NCBI GenBank assembly: GCA_964522985.1
Contig: CAZFXX010000001.1
Location: forward strand, 1-50,517
Length of the DNA stretch: 50,517 bases
Direction of reading: 5' to 3'
Source: an uncultured Desulfobacteraceae bacterium
GTDB lineage: Bacteria; Desulfobacterota; Desulfobacteria; Desulfobacterales; 4572-123
The notes below the pieces were generated by a model, which was not told where the DNA came from, did not search any database, and saw only the letters and a program-made list of their open reading frames with translations. Positions 48,579 through 50,517 of the stretch are shown here, piece by piece; within the stretch, counting starts at the first letter, position 1; each line of letters starts with the position of its first letter. Made by a program: the position numbers and the translations under genes.

Positions 48579-49883
48579 TTACAGGTACTTTTTTAAATAC
48601 GCATAATCCGGGGTCAATTTGCCGTTATACACAATCACTGCTTTGTTAATTTCCGGGCAGAGCCCGGAAGTTTCAAGGGATGTGTGATAATCAGCCGTTA
48701 TTAAGTTGGGCACAAAGGGTTTGAGCTGGTTGCTGAAAAATATGGATGAATCATTGGGCAGTTCACAGGGAAGATTGTCCACGGCCAGCAGGACGATACC
48801 ATCTCCTTTGTGGCCATCAGTGGTGGTGCGAGTGATCGGATCGCAGAGATAGGCCGGCATCTGGGTTTCGGTGGCCTTTACCGTACATTCTACAGCGCCG
48901 TTGATATCACAGCTGATATCGGCAATACCGCAGAGCCTGGGGTGCTTAGTTTCTAAGAAAAGTTTTTTAAGTCCGTCCCATGTGACAAATCTTGGGCACC
49001 TGTTTTCCCAGTAAACCGCGTTGATCAGGATGGAAAGATAGGGTAAAAATTCGTCAAAGCGGCTTTTGTATTTTTCCGGCCGCTGATAGTAGTCATTCAG
49101 ATCAAAAGGGGTATTGTCTTTGCGGCAGACAAGGTCTTTTTCCTTGAAAATAGTAATATATAGGGTTTTATTGTTGATTTTGCCTTTTTTTGTAAGGAAT
49201 TTTAATGCGTCCGGTTCGATTTTTGCGGCTGGCAGACAATCAAGGATCTGCTGGGCACCGCCCGATACATTTCCATATCCCATGATGCCGATGACCATAG
49301 GGCTTAAAGCCTCGGGTAATCCTTTGGTTCTGATAAGGTCACCGATTTTTTTTAAATGGGTGCGGGCATCTTCCACGGAGGCGTATTGATGGGCCCTGCG
49401 ACACTCACGAAAAGGGGTGTCAAGGCCGTGGTGTTCCCAGTACTCGCCCATAAGGGAGAGGATATCGATGGTGCCGGCATCGCCGGCATATCGGCCGAAA
49501 TAAATAAGGCGACGGTTTTGGTCGTCGATTATTTTTTCATAGTCAATAAGGGTCGATCCGCTGGAAATAATTTTTTGTAAAAGCGGCATTCCCGATGCCT
49601 GGCCCTTTATGGTGTGCGAAAAAAAGAGATAGGTCTTGCCGGCAAGGATTTTTTCCTCGGGGATCTCCTTTACACCGAAAATAATATCTCCCGAATTCAT
49701 GCCTTGGCAGGACGCGGCACCGGCGGCTTCATATTCACGGGCTTTGAAAAAGCGTTTTCCCGATTGTTCAACAAAGGCCGTGGCCCGGGTCTGCTGGATG
49801 ATTTCCTGAAGGTCGGCGGGAACGATGGGTGCCCGGCGTTCCCAGATATTTTTATCTTCGGCCCGAATCAGCAATTTTTTCAT
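48579..49883 (-). CDS. Lysine-ketoglutarate reductase (saccharopine dehydrogenase, L-lysine-forming; AASS N-terminal-domain homolog)
   Basis: 434 aa. It is collinear with the LKR half of eukaryotic AASS as I recall it: RAEDKN.WERRAP..P, YLFFSHTIK, LIDYEKI, ICDISCD and VDNLP.ELP. Confidence 0.8.
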   Translation of the reverse strand: MKKLLIRAEDKNIWERRAPIVPADLQEIIQQTRATAFVEQSGKRFFKAREYEAAGAASCQGMNSGDIIFGVKEIPEEKILAGKTYLFFSHTIKGQASGMPLLQKIISSGSTLIDYEKIIDDQNRRLIYFGRYAGDAGTIDILSLMGEYWEHHGLDTPFRECRRAHQYASVEDARTHLKKIGDLIRTKGLPEALSPMVIGIMGYGNVSGGAQQILDCLPAAKIEPDALKFLTKKGKINNKTLYITIFKEKDLVCRKDNTPFDLNDYYQRPEKYKSRFDEFLPYLSILINAVYWENRCPRFVTWDGLKKLFLETKHPRLCGIADISCDINGAVECTVKATETQMPAYLCDPITRTTTDGHKGDGIVLLAVDNLPCELPNDSSIFFSNQLKPFVPNLITADYHTSLETSGLCPEINKAVIVYNGKLTPDYAYLKKYL

Positions 49884-49943
49884 TGCGGTATCTCCCCCTT
49901 AGAAAGGGTTTAACTGTATTGATTTTAGCACAATTTGTCCGGA

Positions 49944-50517
49944 TCAGGTATTTATAGGATCGGTCAGAGTGGTTTTTCGTTCCGTGAAAGCGATATTCAG
50001 GGTTTTCAGCTCGGCCAGCACCGGTTCGTAAATTTCCGGCAACACCGGGATATGAACGCCGGACAGGTCGATTTTTCCTTCTGCAAGCAATTTCGTGGCG
50101 ATGGCTACGGGCAGGCCCACCGTGCGGGACATGGACGTATCGCCACCCGGGATACCGGTATCGATCAGGGTCGATGTGATTATTTCTTTTTTATGGTCCG
50201 GATACTCAGCCGTAAATTCATGATGCTGAATCAACAGGTCTTTTTCACCTTTATGGTAGGTCAGCTTGTTCAGCAGGGTATGGGCAAACATGTCAAATAC
50301 ACTGCAGGTACCGATATCGAGTTTTTCATCGTTAAAAAGGCCGAGCCAGTCAAGTTTTTTGATTGTCAGGGCAAATTCGGGAATTTTAAGATAGGCGGCC
50401 ACCTCTTTTTTCAGGTCAGGTCCATTGCTGTTAATGATATTGGCGATGACCTGACGGGGGGTGATTTCGGAAAAATTAAACTTCATTTTACGATTGAGCA
50501 GGCCCAGTTTTTTGAAA
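49944..50517 (-). CDS. Saccharopine dehydrogenase (L-glutamate-forming), C-terminal part; 5' end beyond the window
   Basis: The frame stays open upstream of the track's ATG to the window edge (FKKLGLLNRK-MKF...). The C-terminal SDH signature is GDTSMSRTVGLPVAIATKLLAEGKI. Confidence 0.75.
   Translation of the reverse strand, partial: FKKLGLLNRKMKFNFSEITPRQVIANIINSNGPDLKKEVAAYLKIPEFALTIKKLDWLGLFNDEKLDIGTCSVFDMFAHTLLNKLTYHKGEKDLLIQHHEFTAEYPDHKKEIITSTLIDTGIPGGDTSMSRTVGLPVAIATKLLAEGKIDLSGVHIPVLPEIYEPVLAELKTLNIAFTERKTTLTDPINT

Noticed and set aside
1-50517. Mobile elements or a defence island (transposase, integrase, restriction-modification, toxin-antitoxin, retron, CBASS-type genes)
   Set aside because: None of the ORFs shows recognisable motifs of these families. 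The only nuclease and helicase genes (YajD, EndoQ-UvrD) look like conserved housekeeping or repair genes rather than a defence cassette.

Overview
The gene content (sat, fhs, B12/radical-SAM enzymes, a PfaA-like megasynthase) suggests a sulfate-reducing Desulfobacterota (deltaproteobacterial) chromosome; the taxon is inference. All calls rest on motif recognition and hand translation, with no searches run.

Layout:
- 1-7.3 kb: the 3' ~7.3 kb of a giant type I PKS/PUFA-synthase-like gene, domain order KS(Cys only)-AT-KS-3xACP-KR-DH, followed by its Sfp-type PPTase.
- 8.7-22.8 kb: ordinary mixed genes. These are USP, YajD, a lipoprotein, a response-regulator adenylate cyclase, DusB, a TPR lipoprotein, CheY, CvfB-like, TerC, a B12-radical SAM enzyme, fhs and sat.
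- 22.8-45.3 kb: a visibly AT-richer block carrying origin-proximal housekeeping genes. These are mnmE-jag-yidC-yidD-rnpA-rpmH, RNase G plus a radical-SAM fusion, asnS, and gyrB-dnaN with an extremely AT-rich upstream region but no dnaA. The block also holds a split RdgC-like pair, an EndoQ(PHP)-UvrD helicase fusion and a LysM protein.
- 45.3-50.5 kb: a GC-richer minus-strand string of saccharopine dehydrogenase, lysine-ketoglutarate reductase, mttB and mtbB.

The strongest signal is that the ORF track splits both methylamine methyltransferases at in-frame TAG codons. These fall exactly where Methanosarcina MttB and MtbB carry pyrrolysine, so this organism very probably decodes UAG as Pyl. mtbB additionally carries a 1-nt frameshift.

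Other second-look items:
- All three tandem ACP domains have Thr instead of the phosphopantetheinyl Ser.
- The first KS domain lacks both catalytic His residues.
- Two further gene pairs are joined in frame across TAG.
- There are sharp GC discontinuities, a perfect 34-bp palindrome, and DnaA-box-like motifs.

I could not recognise any rRNA, tRNA, CRISPR array, transposase or integrase.
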